In this document: one piece after another, positions 53,419 to 62,050 of the stretch
How positions within the stretch are numbered: position 1 is the stretch's first letter
Layout: every line of letters starts with the position of its first letter
Assembly: GCA_017613355.1 (NCBI GenBank)
Contig: JAGAEA010000032.1
Location: forward strand, 26,752-90,751
Direction of reading: 5' to 3'
Origin: Clostridia bacterium
Lineage (GTDB): Bacteria > Bacillota > Clostridia > Oscillospirales > CAG-272
Length of the DNA stretch: 64,000 bases
The notes under the pieces: model-generated
The model's input: the letters and a program-made list of their open reading frames with translations, nothing else
Databases searched by the model: none
What the model was told of the DNA's origin: nothing
Made by a program: the position numbers and the translations under genes

Positions 53419-54519
53419 TCACTCAAGCGTTATGAATGTGAAACCGCAATCGGCCTCGACTTCTTCGTCGGGGATGTATTCCGGATCGGCAAAGCGTTCG
53501 AGATATTTGTCCACCTGCTCTTGGGTCAGGTCGATAAATTCGCCCTGTCCGTTGTCGCCAAGGATATACAAAGGACCTGCGTAGATGCTGCCTTCGATCC
53601 GTCTGGTCCCTGCCATATGGTTCAGTTTTGCTTCCTCATTTCCGAGGATCGCGGCGTTGTCATCGAACGGGTAGGTGATCTCAAAGAATGCTTGCTCTCC
53701 CTGTCCGCTGACGGCTCGCTGAAGTCTTTCACGTCCGTTTTGAATCCGCGTTTCTACGGGCGGGCATCCGGATTGGATCATAACGGTGCGAAGACCTTTC
53801 ATCTCCTGACACTTGGATGTGTCGAAGTCCGGCAGATTGACAAAACCGAAAGTGTCAACGTAGTAAACCCCTTTGGTTTCGTTTGCGCTGCCATTCACGA
53901 GTTCCACGAGATCGCCGACCGAGAGCGAGTACCCTTGATAGGAACCTTCAAAGCCCTCGTTGAAATGGATATAAACGTCTTCGAGGCAGTCCGCATACAC
54001 ATATCCGCGAAACACGCAGCGGTAGCGTTCAGGCTTGACGGCTGTGGGATCGACGTCACTATACCCGTGGAACAACAGGTCGCCGATCTGCTGATCCTGA
54101 TCCGGCTGGAAGATGTTCACAAGCCGGTATTCCTTGGTCTGTTCCGCGTATTTGCGGAAGTCATCGATCAGTCCGTTGACGATTGCGGAATGGCTGTTCA
54201 GGGCAAACATGGCGTTGGGTTTGTCACCGAGCAAGGCAACCTTTTCGGACCAATCGCAATTGCTCGGATGGAATCTGCCGTCCCCCTCCCGTAACCGCAC
54301 GGTATTGGCAAGAACCAACATGACACGGTCGCGCCCGAATTCCGTACAGATGATTTCCGGGAGATCCACTTTCAGGTGCATGCCGTCAAAGGACTCGGCG
54401 ATCAGCTGATCCATGCGAAGCCTGCAACGAACGGTTTCGCGATAGGATTCCCGCCATTCGTCGAGGCACCCGCGCTGTTTGGCTTCTTCGGCGGTTTCCA
54501 GATGAAGCGGGATTCGCAT
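53419..54519 (-). CDS. Multidomain conjugative-element protein (DUF3849-like, YodL-like and DUF3846-like regions)
   Basis: The YodL-like block is RYRCVFRGYVYADCLEDVYIHFNEGFEGSYQGYSLSVGDLVELV. The DUF3846-like block is LRTVMIQSG...ITYPFDDNAAILGNEEAKLN...GPLYILG. Confidence 0.55.
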   Translation of the reverse strand: MRIPLHLETAEEAKQRGCLDEWRESYRETVRCRLRMDQLIAESFDGMHLKVDLPEIICTEFGRDRVMLVLANTVRLREGDGRFHPSNCDWSEKVALLGDKPNAMFALNSHSAIVNGLIDDFRKYAEQTKEYRLVNIFQPDQDQQIGDLLFHGYSDVDPTAVKPERYRCVFRGYVYADCLEDVYIHFNEGFEGSYQGYSLSVGDLVELVNGSANETKGVYYVDTFGFVNLPDFDTSKCQEMKGLRTVMIQSGCPPVETRIQNGRERLQRAVSGQGEQAFFEITYPFDDNAAILGNEEAKLNHMAGTRRIEGSIYAGPLYILGDNGQGEFIDLTQEQVDKYLERFADPEYIPDEEVEADCGFTFITLE

Positions 54520-54806
54520 CAGAGTTCACCCGCCTCGGAAAGTCGCTTTGCCAGAAGGCGGAACGCCGCTTTCTGCTCGGCGACCGAAATACCGTCCAGC
54601 ACTTCCGCAAGCGGCAGTTCGCGTCTGTCTTCTTTGATCTGCTCCCGGCAGCGGTCGCAGGGCTGTTCTTTCCGCAAAAGGACTGTCCCGTCCTTCCGGA
54701 CTTCAAACGAGATGATGTCGCCGGGCTTGAATCCGCAACCGACGCGGAGCGAGAACGGGATGGTGGTTCTTCCTCTTTTGCCGAGGATTCGATAGATCTT
54801 TTTCAT
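54519..54806 (-). CDS. AbrB/MazE/SpoVT-family DNA-binding protein
   Basis: The N-terminus is KRGRTTIPFSLRVGCGFKPGDIISFEV. Its stop overlaps the next start as TGATG. Confidence 0.65.
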   Translation of the reverse strand: MKKIYRILGKRGRTTIPFSLRVGCGFKPGDIISFEVRKDGTVLLRKEQPCDRCREQIKEDRRELPLAEVLDGISVAEQKAAFRLLAKRLSEAGEL

Positions 54807-54869
54807 GGTGTTGTTTCCTTTCTGTTTTTATTTGTAATGTAAAAGTTGAGAAAAGCGCTTGCTTTTTTC

Positions 54870-54898
54870 TGATTTTTATGGTACACTGTAAAACACGA
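54870..54898 (+). promoter_or_regulatory. Putative promoter of the nucleotidyltransferase gene
   Basis: TTGCTT, a 17-nt spacer ending in TGg, then TACACT. Confidence 0.4.
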
Positions 54899-54920
54899 TT
54901 CTGTTGGATGGAGGATTGAA

Positions 54921-55238
54921 ATGTCAGATCATATTTACACCGTTGACGAAATCCGTGAGATTGTTGCCCCGATCGCTTCCCGACACGGCATCTCGCGTGT
55001 ATATCTTTTCGGTTCTTATGCGAAAGGCGCAGCAACCACAACCAGCGATGTGGATTTATGTGTGGATGCTTCCAAACTTCGCGGGTTGTTTGCGTTGAGC
55101 GGTTTATACCTTGACTTGCAGGAAGCCTTGCAAAAGGACTTGGATTTGATTACAACAAACTCCTTGAAGCGAAACAAGGACGCCGCTTTCCTTGCGAACC
55201 TTCGGAAAGAACAGGTATTGATTTATGCCGGTAACTGA
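54921..55238 (+). CDS. MNT-type nucleotidyltransferase domain protein with no adjacent HEPN partner
   Basis: It has the motif LFGSYAKGAATTTSDVDLCV. The RBS is GGAGGA. Confidence 0.75.
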   Translation: MSDHIYTVDEIREIVAPIASRHGISRVYLFGSYAKGAATTTSDVDLCVDASKLRGLFALSGLYLDLQEALQKDLDLITTNSLKRNKDAAFLANLRKEQVLIYAGN

Positions 55239-55300
55239 AAATAAGCAGGCAACATAAGGATAAAAAGTCTTTATTTTTCAGTATTTTTTGAAACAAAGTA

Positions 55301-55329
55301 TTGACAATGTATAAACAATGTGATATACT
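55301..55329 (+). promoter_or_regulatory. Near-consensus extended -10 promoter of the dinJ-yoeB operon
   Basis: TTGACA (55301-55306), a 17-nt spacer ending in TGa, then TATACT (55324-55329). Confidence 0.65.
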
Positions 55330-55348
55330 ATGCATGGGGGTGATGAAA

Positions 55349-55621
55349 ATGGCTCAATCCAATATTTCGATTCGTATGGATGACAATCTGAAAAAGGACT
55401 TTACGATTGTCTGTGACAATCTCGGTTTGAATGTTTCCGCCATGGTAACAATTCTTGCAAAAAAGATGGTTCGTGAACAACGAATTCCGTTTGAGGTTTC
55501 CGTAGATCCTTTTTACACGGAAGCCAATATTGCTGCTTTGAAACAAAGCATGGCGGAGATGAAAGGCGGAAAAACCATTTCCAAAACCATGAGAGAACTT
55601 GAGGCAATGGAAAATGAGTAA
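55349..55621 (+). CDS. RelB/DinJ family antitoxin
   Basis: The N-terminus MAQSNISIRMDDNLKKDF is RHH-like. A GGGGGTGA RBS precedes the ATG at 55349. Confidence 0.75.
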   Translation: MAQSNISIRMDDNLKKDFTIVCDNLGLNVSAMVTILAKKMVREQRIPFEVSVDPFYTEANIAALKQSMAEMKGGKTISKTMRELEAMENE

Positions 55622-55877
55622 ATTTCTGTTCACGGACAGCGCATGGGAAGACTACCTGTATTGGCAAACGCAGGACAAGAAAACATTAAAAAGGATCAAC
55701 TTGCTTTTACAGGACATTGCAAGGAACGGATATGACGGAATCGGTAAACCGGAACCGCTCAAAGGTGATTTTGCAGGATTTTGGAGCCGGCGTATTGACG
55801 ATGCAAACCGGATTGTATATCGGATATCCGACGATCAGATTGAAATCCTTATGTGTCGATCTCATTATGGAAAATAA
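55614..55877 (+). CDS. yoeB: YoeB/Txe family mRNA interferase toxin
   Basis: FTDSAWEDYLYWQTQDKKTLKRINLLLQDI...GKPEPLKGDFAGFWSRRIDDANRIVY...CRSHY matches the family. The ATG at 55614 overlaps the antitoxin gene end. Confidence 0.85.
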   Translation: MSKFLFTDSAWEDYLYWQTQDKKTLKRINLLLQDIARNGYDGIGKPEPLKGDFAGFWSRRIDDANRIVYRISDDQIEILMCRSHYGK

Positions 55878-55883
55878 TGAAAA

Positions 55884-55930
55884 GAGCAAGCCACTTTTTT
55901 ATTTCAAGCGGCTTGCTTTTTTGTTTTTCC
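55884..55930 (+). terminator. Terminator after yoeB, overlapping the 3' end of the convergent gene
   Basis: The stem is GAGCAAGCC/GGCTTGCTT, followed by TTTTTGTTTTT. Confidence 0.5.
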
Positions 55931-56147
55931 GCTTTGGATTGTAATACTCGCATTCGTCGCAGCCGTCTTCATCCATAAATGGACAGTCATCCTCGGTCAG
56001 AAGGCAGTCGTCATCCTCATCGAGGATCGGTTCGACAATGATCGTCCCGTTGTGAATGCACGCACAGAGGGGCGTGTCGTCGGTGATCCCGAACGCTTCG
56101 ATCAGTGCGGTTGGGATCACATGGGTAAAGGTCAATTTGGTTTCCAT
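55899..56147 (-). CDS. Small protein with an AbrB-like N-terminus and an acidic Cys-rich tail
   Basis: 82 aa, overlapping the methyltransferase gene end by 16 nt. The tail is DEDDDCLLTEDDCPFMDEDGCDECEYY. Confidence 0.5.
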   Translation of the reverse strand: METKLTFTHVIPTALIEAFGITDDTPLCACIHNGTIIVEPILDEDDDCLLTEDDCPFMDEDGCDECEYYNPKRKNKKASRLK

Positions 56148-56998
56148 AGTACTTTCCTTTCTTGAATTCTGCTTTTTATATCTTCCGGATCGTCAAAAAA
56201 GGTCAACTGCCTAGCAAGGATGCCCTCGGTCAGCGTATCGTAGTTGGCAATCAGAAGTTCGGGGTACTGTTTACCCGCGTCATACCGCTGGGCGATATTC
56301 GACAGGCGGGTGGTGGTTTCGATCGTGATGCCGGGTTTGGAATACAACTCCCGTATTTCCGGGCAATCGTTATAGGAAAGCAGGAACTTTCCTTCGATCC
56401 CCAAGAGGGCGTTACAAAGCCGTTCGTGGTCTGCCCTTGTAAACCCGACGTCCTCGTAGTAATCCTCGGTGGCATAGTAGGGTGGATCCAGATAGAACTG
56501 CGTGTTCGGGCGGTCGTACTGGACGATGAGTTTCTCAAAATCCTTGTTCTCAATCACCACTCTCTGAAGTCGTCCCGCTGCACAACGAATGATGGGAAAC
56601 TTCTCCCACATCCCGCATGGCTGTGCACCGAAGGAATCAAGTCCCGACGCATAGCTCTGCCGGATGACCTGATAGAAGTACGCCGCCCGGCGGACGTCCG
56701 GCAGAACGGTTTTGCTGTGGAGCATCTCCCGGACATATTCAAAGTCCAATCGGGAATTCAGCACATATTCGAGTTCGTCGTGCAACTCTTGGGAATGTTC
56801 CCTGACGCACCGATACAGGTTGGTCAGATTGGGGTTGAAATCGTTATAGACCTCGAACGGGTGCGGATTTTTACGGAACAGCACCCATCCCCCGCCGCCG
56901 AATACTTCCACGTAACGGTCGCAGGAATCGGCAAGACGGACGATGATCTCATCCCGCAGGGCTTTCTTCCCGCCGACCCAACTCATAAAACTATTCAA
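56132..56998 (-). CDS. Dam-class (D12) N6-adenine DNA methyltransferase with no cognate endonuclease nearby
   Basis: It has the SWVGGKK N-terminal motif and DPPY catalytic motif. The probable start is the TTG at 56998, 7 nt after GAGGAG. Confidence 0.8.
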   Translation of the reverse strand: MNSFMSWVGGKKALRDEIIVRLADSCDRYVEVFGGGGWVLFRKNPHPFEVYNDFNPNLTNLYRCVREHSQELHDELEYVLNSRLDFEYVREMLHSKTVLPDVRRAAYFYQVIRQSYASGLDSFGAQPCGMWEKFPIIRCAAGRLQRVVIENKDFEKLIVQYDRPNTQFYLDPPYYATEDYYEDVGFTRADHERLCNALLGIEGKFLLSYNDCPEIRELYSKPGITIETTTRLSNIAQRYDAGKQYPELLIANYDTLTEGILARQLTFFDDPEDIKSRIQERKVLWKPN

Positions 56999-57035
56999 TT
57001 GATCACTCCTCTCTTTCAAAACCTTGAGATAATGG

Positions 57036-57084
57036 AAAAAGAAAAAGGGGGACTCTTTTGCAAAGTCCCCCAAAACGGTTTTGG
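57036..57084 (-). terminator. Intrinsic terminator after the 194-aa gene
   Basis: On the minus-strand RNA, CCAAAAC g GTTTTGG is followed by GGGGGACT...AGTCCCCC and then TTTTTCTTTTT. Confidence 0.7.
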
Positions 57085-57086
57085 TT

Positions 57087-57671
57087 TTATAAGGTCATTT
57101 CGTTTTCTTCTTCATTGCCCCAATCTTCCTCGCGTTCGTCCTCGTCTTCATCTGTCGAGGTAATGTTGACGTACTCTCCGATGATACCGAGTGCCTCGGA
57201 ATAACTGCCGCTGGAGGTGACTCGCTTGGTCATCTCGGTCGCTTCCTCCCGCATTCCGTTTTCACGGAGCGTGCGCGCGGCGATACCGATCAGGTTGAAA
57301 ATGTTACCGTCCTGCCCGATCAGGGGACAGTCCGGTTTTTGTCGTTCGGTTTGGATTTCTTTTCCGAATCGGTTGTCGAGATAGTCCGACAGCCAGGTAC
57401 CGCCGAATGCTCCATGCGTGGAGAGCCGCCACATGGCGAGCTTGCCCACATTGAGTTTGGTGTCCCGGAAGTCGAACAGCAGGCAGGTCACCCCTTCGTT
57501 TTCAAAGCGGAACACGTCTTTGAAGGTGTCCCCGTCCAGCAGGATTTCTTCGGTTGTCAGGAGATCTTGAATCCCGTCGATCCATTCCTGCGGATCACCT
57601 CCGCAACCCTGAATGATCAGGCCCTCATGCTTCCGCATCGCTTTCAGTTCGTCCAGCGTGATGTCTTTCAT
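57087..57671 (-). CDS. Hypothetical acidic-tailed protein
   Basis: 194 aa with an ATGA overlap with the upstream gene. It ends ...DEDEDEREEDWGNEEENEMTL. Confidence 0.6.
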   Translation of the reverse strand: MKDITLDELKAMRKHEGLIIQGCGGDPQEWIDGIQDLLTTEEILLDGDTFKDVFRFENEGVTCLLFDFRDTKLNVGKLAMWRLSTHGAFGGTWLSDYLDNRFGKEIQTERQKPDCPLIGQDGNIFNLIGIAARTLRENGMREEATEMTKRVTSSGSYSEALGIIGEYVNITSTDEDEDEREEDWGNEEENEMTL

Positions 57672-58576
57672 TGCTGCGTCATCCCTCCGTCCTCGTTCAA
57701 GTATCCGTCGATGTCGAACACATCCAGGTGGCTGTATTCCTCAAAGGTCAGCGTGCCGCCGAGAAAGTTCGGATCGGTTTCGTCGTTCAGTTCGATGTGG
57801 TCGCGCTCACCGAAGTCAATCGGTTCTTTCGACACGATGGACCCGGCGTGATCCACGCGAACGTTTGGTTCGATGGTGGCGAATCGTCCGGTGTCCGGAT
57901 TCTGGCGAAGATGGTACAAGTGCCACCCGTTCGGGATGTCTTCTTCGGTCAGGCGACTGTTGGAAAACAGCATGATCTTCCCGAAAAGATCCACCGGCTC
58001 ATATTCCTCGTTGTCCATACGGATGAACCTCGTATGAGCCGCGTTTTCGCACATTCCGAAGTCTTCTTCATCATAATCCCAGACACGGAGTGCCATTCGG
58101 AACGCTTCGACCGAACCGCCGTCCGGGATATCTTCGCCAGCAATCTCGCCATCGGCATATTCGACGGTTCCGACGTTGTAACCCATATCCTCGTCTGCCC
58201 ATTCGTGGGTGAATCGGACGTCCGGATAACGTTCGGCAAGCCGTTCGATGACGGGAAACGGGGGAGCCCAAGCGGTTTGGAATGAAAGTGTATGGCTGTT
58301 TTCGTCACAGTCGTTACTATAACTGTTCCATTTGGTTCCCCAGTGGGAAACGCTCCAGTCGTACCAGTTGTCCTTGCCGTACAGCCGCATTTCTGCTGCT
58401 CCGAGATTGCCGCGATAGATATGATCCGGCATGGGGATCAGCTTGTTGAAGTCGAAGGTGCCGATGCCTGTTCTTTCCGCATTGGCTCCGGGTTCATAGC
58501 AAACTGCCCGCAGGATCTCCTGAAAGCGTTCCTGCGGGCAGTCAAAAATGAGATGGTTTTCTACATGGTTTGGCAT
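57668..58576 (-). CDS. DUF1281/Api92-like protein
   Basis: It has the HWGTKWN motif and the FQTAWAPPFPVIERL block. It ends ...NEDGGMTQQ. Confidence 0.5.
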   Translation of the reverse strand: MPNHVENHLIFDCPQERFQEILRAVCYEPGANAERTGIGTFDFNKLIPMPDHIYRGNLGAAEMRLYGKDNWYDWSVSHWGTKWNSYSNDCDENSHTLSFQTAWAPPFPVIERLAERYPDVRFTHEWADEDMGYNVGTVEYADGEIAGEDIPDGGSVEAFRMALRVWDYDEEDFGMCENAAHTRFIRMDNEEYEPVDLFGKIMLFSNSRLTEEDIPNGWHLYHLRQNPDTGRFATIEPNVRVDHAGSIVSKEPIDFGERDHIELNDETDPNFLGGTLTFEEYSHLDVFDIDGYLNEDGGMTQQ

Positions 58577-58588
58577 TTTTGTTCTCCT

Positions 58589-58855
58589 TTACATGGTCAT
58601 GATGTTTTCTTCTGTTTCGGTCTGCTCCGGGATCTTCTCAAAGGAGTCTTCTCCCCAGATCAGACCGAGTCCGCTGCCGTTGTCCCAACGGACATGGATC
58701 GTAGCGGCGTCATCCACGCCGACAACCGTTCCTTCCGTTCCGGGCGGAACCGGGCGCGGGTCGCTGCCCATCTGGATCAGACGGACTCTCGTGCCAGACG
58801 GATAGTGTTCTCTCAACCGTTCGGCTGTGCGTCGTAACATTTCCCACTCGTTCAT
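58589..58855 (-). CDS. DUF4314-like small protein
   Basis: It contains GTEGTVVGVDDAATIHVRWDNGSGLGLIWGEDSF and ends ...TEENIMTM. Confidence 0.5.
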   Translation of the reverse strand: MNEWEMLRRTAERLREHYPSGTRVRLIQMGSDPRPVPPGTEGTVVGVDDAATIHVRWDNGSGLGLIWGEDSFEKIPEQTETEENIMTM

Positions 58856-59598
58856 GTGATACCTCCTATTTCGATTGTTTCTTCGGGCGTTTCAGTTGCG
58901 GTTTCCAGCATTTGTTCTACCTCAAAGGGAACATGGTCATTGTCCACGTGAATATCCCCGTCAAAGAACACGGTATACCAGTATTTGTATGGGACAACCG
59001 TTTTCATGATCCCTTGATCTCTTTCGGTCATGGAATCGTTATGGTTCACCACGCCGAAGGGTGTGATCAGATTGGAACCGTAATGCTCGCCCGAGGATTG
59101 CAGATCCAGATCCACAAGCCCCGGATAGATGGCTCCGTCCTGCCCCTGTATGACAGCGGGGAAGGTGACAAATCCCATATCCCGCACCGCATAGGAGATC
59201 CCGTAAGTTTTCACATACTCCTGATGCATCTGTTGGAGAATCTCCGTGGCGTAGGTCAGATCCCGATTTTTGTATTCGTGGGAAAGATCCCGCCAGTTGA
59301 TATTGCGGATCACGTTCTCGTTGACCGACCGCACGAATTCTTCCCGCAGTTTCATGCAGTTGAATTCGTATCCTTCTTTCTGTGTCAAGGGACGGAAGAA
59401 GTCCTGGGTGACGGAAAGGCAGAGATGTTTCCCGTTTTCCGTGCGGGTGCGGATGTTTCCGGCATCGTCCACAAAAGCGACGCGGGCAACGTTGTCCTCG
59501 TTCAAGTGTTCCTCTCCGAACGCGTCCTGCTCTTTGAGGAGCAGATACATCCCGGGGAGATACCGTTTCTGCGTGATTTCGATTTCGTTCTGTGTCAT
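58852..59598 (-). CDS. Hypothetical protein
   Basis: 248 aa with ATGA overlaps at both ends. It ends ...EETIEIGGIT. Confidence 0.55.
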   Translation of the reverse strand: MTQNEIEITQKRYLPGMYLLLKEQDAFGEEHLNEDNVARVAFVDDAGNIRTRTENGKHLCLSVTQDFFRPLTQKEGYEFNCMKLREEFVRSVNENVIRNINWRDLSHEYKNRDLTYATEILQQMHQEYVKTYGISYAVRDMGFVTFPAVIQGQDGAIYPGLVDLDLQSSGEHYGSNLITPFGVVNHNDSMTERDQGIMKTVVPYKYWYTVFFDGDIHVDNDHVPFEVEQMLETATETPEETIEIGGIT

Positions 59599-60755
59599 GA
59601 CAGACCTCCCATCGTAAGATCCTCATCCTGTTCCGGCGGAAAGAGTTCTTCTAAATCTTCCGGATCCATAACACCGACAAAGCATCCGTCTTCCAGAATT
59701 TTGCCGTTTGTCATCTCCCTGATCGCTTTCGCATAGGCGGCTGTGTCGATATATCCCCTCACTCCCGGGTCACACGAAATGTCATGTTCTTCCATCCATT
59801 CGCAGACCAGATTTTCGTCGTCCCAGACTTCGGGGGAAACATAGAAGAGATCCGTGTTTTCGGCAAGCGCGATAATCGATTCGCTGTCGGTGCGTCCGGT
59901 GTATTCAATGATGTGTGCCAGTGTGTCTGGATGATCTTCCTCGCTGACCGCCCGGCAGGTGCGAGAGAATGCGTAAACGCCTTCTTCCCGCAAAATATCT
60001 TCCAGATATTGATCCAGTTTGGGGTTCCCGCTATCGAGCGTTTCGATTTCCCATCCGCAATCACCGAATTCGTCAGCCCCGACACGGCGAAGCGCGCGGA
60101 CAATGGCGGTTTCGTCATCTGGGAAGTAGAGATATTCGTCCGCGTCCCCGTAATGGATCTTGATTCCAGCGAGATAGGAATCGTAGTAATACTCCGGGAA
60201 CGTCTTCCCGTTATAGAACGGTTCTTCCGGCTCATCCGCACAAAGTTCTTCTTCATTCGGAAACAGGATCCCATATTCGGTGATGATCCCTTTCCCGGAT
60301 TGGAGCAGTTTGCGACCGATCTCGGTCAGTTCGTCATCCGAAAATCGGTCGGGGTTTATCAGTTGATGCGTGTTCAAGCAGTATTTATATCCGACTTTAT
60401 AGGGATTCGACACATCCCGAATCAGGACATACGCGCCGCGCTCCTTGTATTCCGAAAGATTGATTAAATCTTTCACGCTTTCGGGATGCCGGAACCGTAT
60501 CAGGGCTAAATACTCTGCGTCTTCATAGTTATCATACTGGTCGATGAATTTTGCGAGGAAGTTCAGTTCGTCAAGGTCGATCTTCTGTCCGTTCAGAAAT
60601 GCGAACTCTTTGGGAGCGACGAATTCATGGACGGGAATGGTACGGGTTTCGATGGCTTGGGGATAGAACTGTTTCATCAGGTTTTCCAATGCGCCATCTC
60701 CGCACGGGAAAGAAAAAGTCCCGAATGTTTCGGGATTTCTGATTGTGATCTTCAT
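59595..60755 (-). CDS. Hypothetical acidic protein
   Basis: An AAGGA RBS precedes the ATG at 60755. The track extension to 60971 would overlap the fic gene. It ends ...EQDEDLTMGGLS. Confidence 0.55.
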   Translation of the reverse strand: MKITIRNPETFGTFSFPCGDGALENLMKQFYPQAIETRTIPVHEFVAPKEFAFLNGQKIDLDELNFLAKFIDQYDNYEDAEYLALIRFRHPESVKDLINLSEYKERGAYVLIRDVSNPYKVGYKYCLNTHQLINPDRFSDDELTEIGRKLLQSGKGIITEYGILFPNEEELCADEPEEPFYNGKTFPEYYYDSYLAGIKIHYGDADEYLYFPDDETAIVRALRRVGADEFGDCGWEIETLDSGNPKLDQYLEDILREEGVYAFSRTCRAVSEEDHPDTLAHIIEYTGRTDSESIIALAENTDLFYVSPEVWDDENLVCEWMEEHDISCDPGVRGYIDTAAYAKAIREMTNGKILEDGCFVGVMDPEDLEELFPPEQDEDLTMGGLS

Positions 60756-60906
60756 TTTTTGTCCTTTCTTTTTGCTTTTTAGGTCATTTTTCAGGCGGGT
60801 TTCTCTCGTTGTTTTTTCTTCACTTCCCTTCTGTTTTTGAAATACAAAAGCCCCCGAAGGTACCGTTCGGAGGCTATGTTTCCATATAGGTTTCGCCGAG
60901 GACGAA

Positions 60907-61953
60907 CTACTTGATTCGATAGTAACAGATGTTCTTCCCCTTTCCCTCGCGCCGCAATTCGCCGGAGGCAATCAACTTCCGCAACGCATTCTCAATAGAA
61001 CTGATGCTGATGGATGGGCAAAGTTCCCGAATATCCTGCTTGGTGAAACGACCGATTTTATTTTGTGTGGCGAGCCGTACCATATCAAGCGCGGAGCGTT
61101 TGGTTTCTATCAACGTGAAACGATCTTCAAAGTCCTTATATGCTGCAAGAATCGTTCCAAGCAGGTATTTGATGAATGGAACGGGATCGTCCTTCCCTTC
61201 ATGCCACCCTTCCTGCGATGCGGAAAGCGCGTCATAGTAGAGGTCTTTGTTTTTGGCGATTTTCGCTTCCAGCGAGATATATTTCCCAACATAAAACCCG
61301 TTCCGATAGAGTAAAAGCGTGGTAAGCAATCTGCTCATACGCCCGTTTCCGTCGTTGAAAGGATGGATACAGAGAAAATCGTGGATGAAAACCGGAATGG
61401 CGATCAGCGGTTCCACTTCCATATTTCCGATCACGCGGTTGTATTCCTCGCAAATCCGATCCAACGCCTCCGGCGTTTCGTAGGGAGCAAGCGGCGTAAA
61501 GAGCGTTTTTGTATGACCGTCCGGATAGGTCGCGCTGATATAGTTCTGCACGGTTTTGGTGCGGCCTGCCAACGGATTGTTCATGTGACCGTAAAGAATC
61601 TTATGCAGTTGAAGAATATAGTTGCGCGTAATCGGAATCGCGTCAAAACTATCGTGGATAATGCCCAGAACATCCCGATACCCCGCAATCTCCTGTTCAT
61701 TGCGGTTTTTTGGAGTTGTCCTTTCTTCCACAAGCTGTTTGATACGAGTGTTGGTCGTAACAATCCCTTCAATTGCGTTGGATGCCTCGGTGCTTTGGAT
61801 TTTAGCAATCTCAACCAATTTTTCGAGTTCTTCCGGCCGTTGTTTCAAATACAGTTCCTGTTTGCCGACCTCTTTGTAAATGGCGGCAATCAGACCAAGA
61901 ACTTCTGAATCCCATGTTTGATTTTTTATGGTGCTGTAATGGAATTTTCTCAT
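60907..61953 (-). CDS. Fic family protein with an internal inhibitory motif and a C-terminal winged helix
   Basis: It has the HPFNDGNGRMSRLL active-site motif. The N-terminal SNAIEG matches the (S/T)xxxE(G/N) inhibitory helix motif. Confidence 0.85.
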   Translation of the reverse strand: MRKFHYSTIKNQTWDSEVLGLIAAIYKEVGKQELYLKQRPEELEKLVEIAKIQSTEASNAIEGIVTTNTRIKQLVEERTTPKNRNEQEIAGYRDVLGIIHDSFDAIPITRNYILQLHKILYGHMNNPLAGRTKTVQNYISATYPDGHTKTLFTPLAPYETPEALDRICEEYNRVIGNMEVEPLIAIPVFIHDFLCIHPFNDGNGRMSRLLTTLLLYRNGFYVGKYISLEAKIAKNKDLYYDALSASQEGWHEGKDDPVPFIKYLLGTILAAYKDFEDRFTLIETKRSALDMVRLATQNKIGRFTKQDIRELCPSISISSIENALRKLIASGELRREGKGKNICYYRIK

Positions 61954-61975
61954 ATCATCACCCGCTTTCCCTTAA

Positions 61976-62004
61976 ATAATACCATAAAATAAGGGAATTG
62001 TCAA
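61976..62004 (-). promoter_or_regulatory. Near-consensus extended -10 promoter of fic
   Basis: On the minus strand: TTGACA (62004-61999), a 17-nt spacer ending in TGg, then TATTAT (61981-61976). Confidence 0.65.
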
Positions 62005-62050
62005 GAGATTAAGGGATATTGTTGTAACTATTTTTGCCGGAACAGCGGTT

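Noticed and set aside
59595-60971. 458-aa version of the last acidic protein, overlapping the fic gene.
   Set aside because: The first 72 codons overlap the fic 3' end and have no RBS. The internal ATG at 60755 has an AAGGA RBS.
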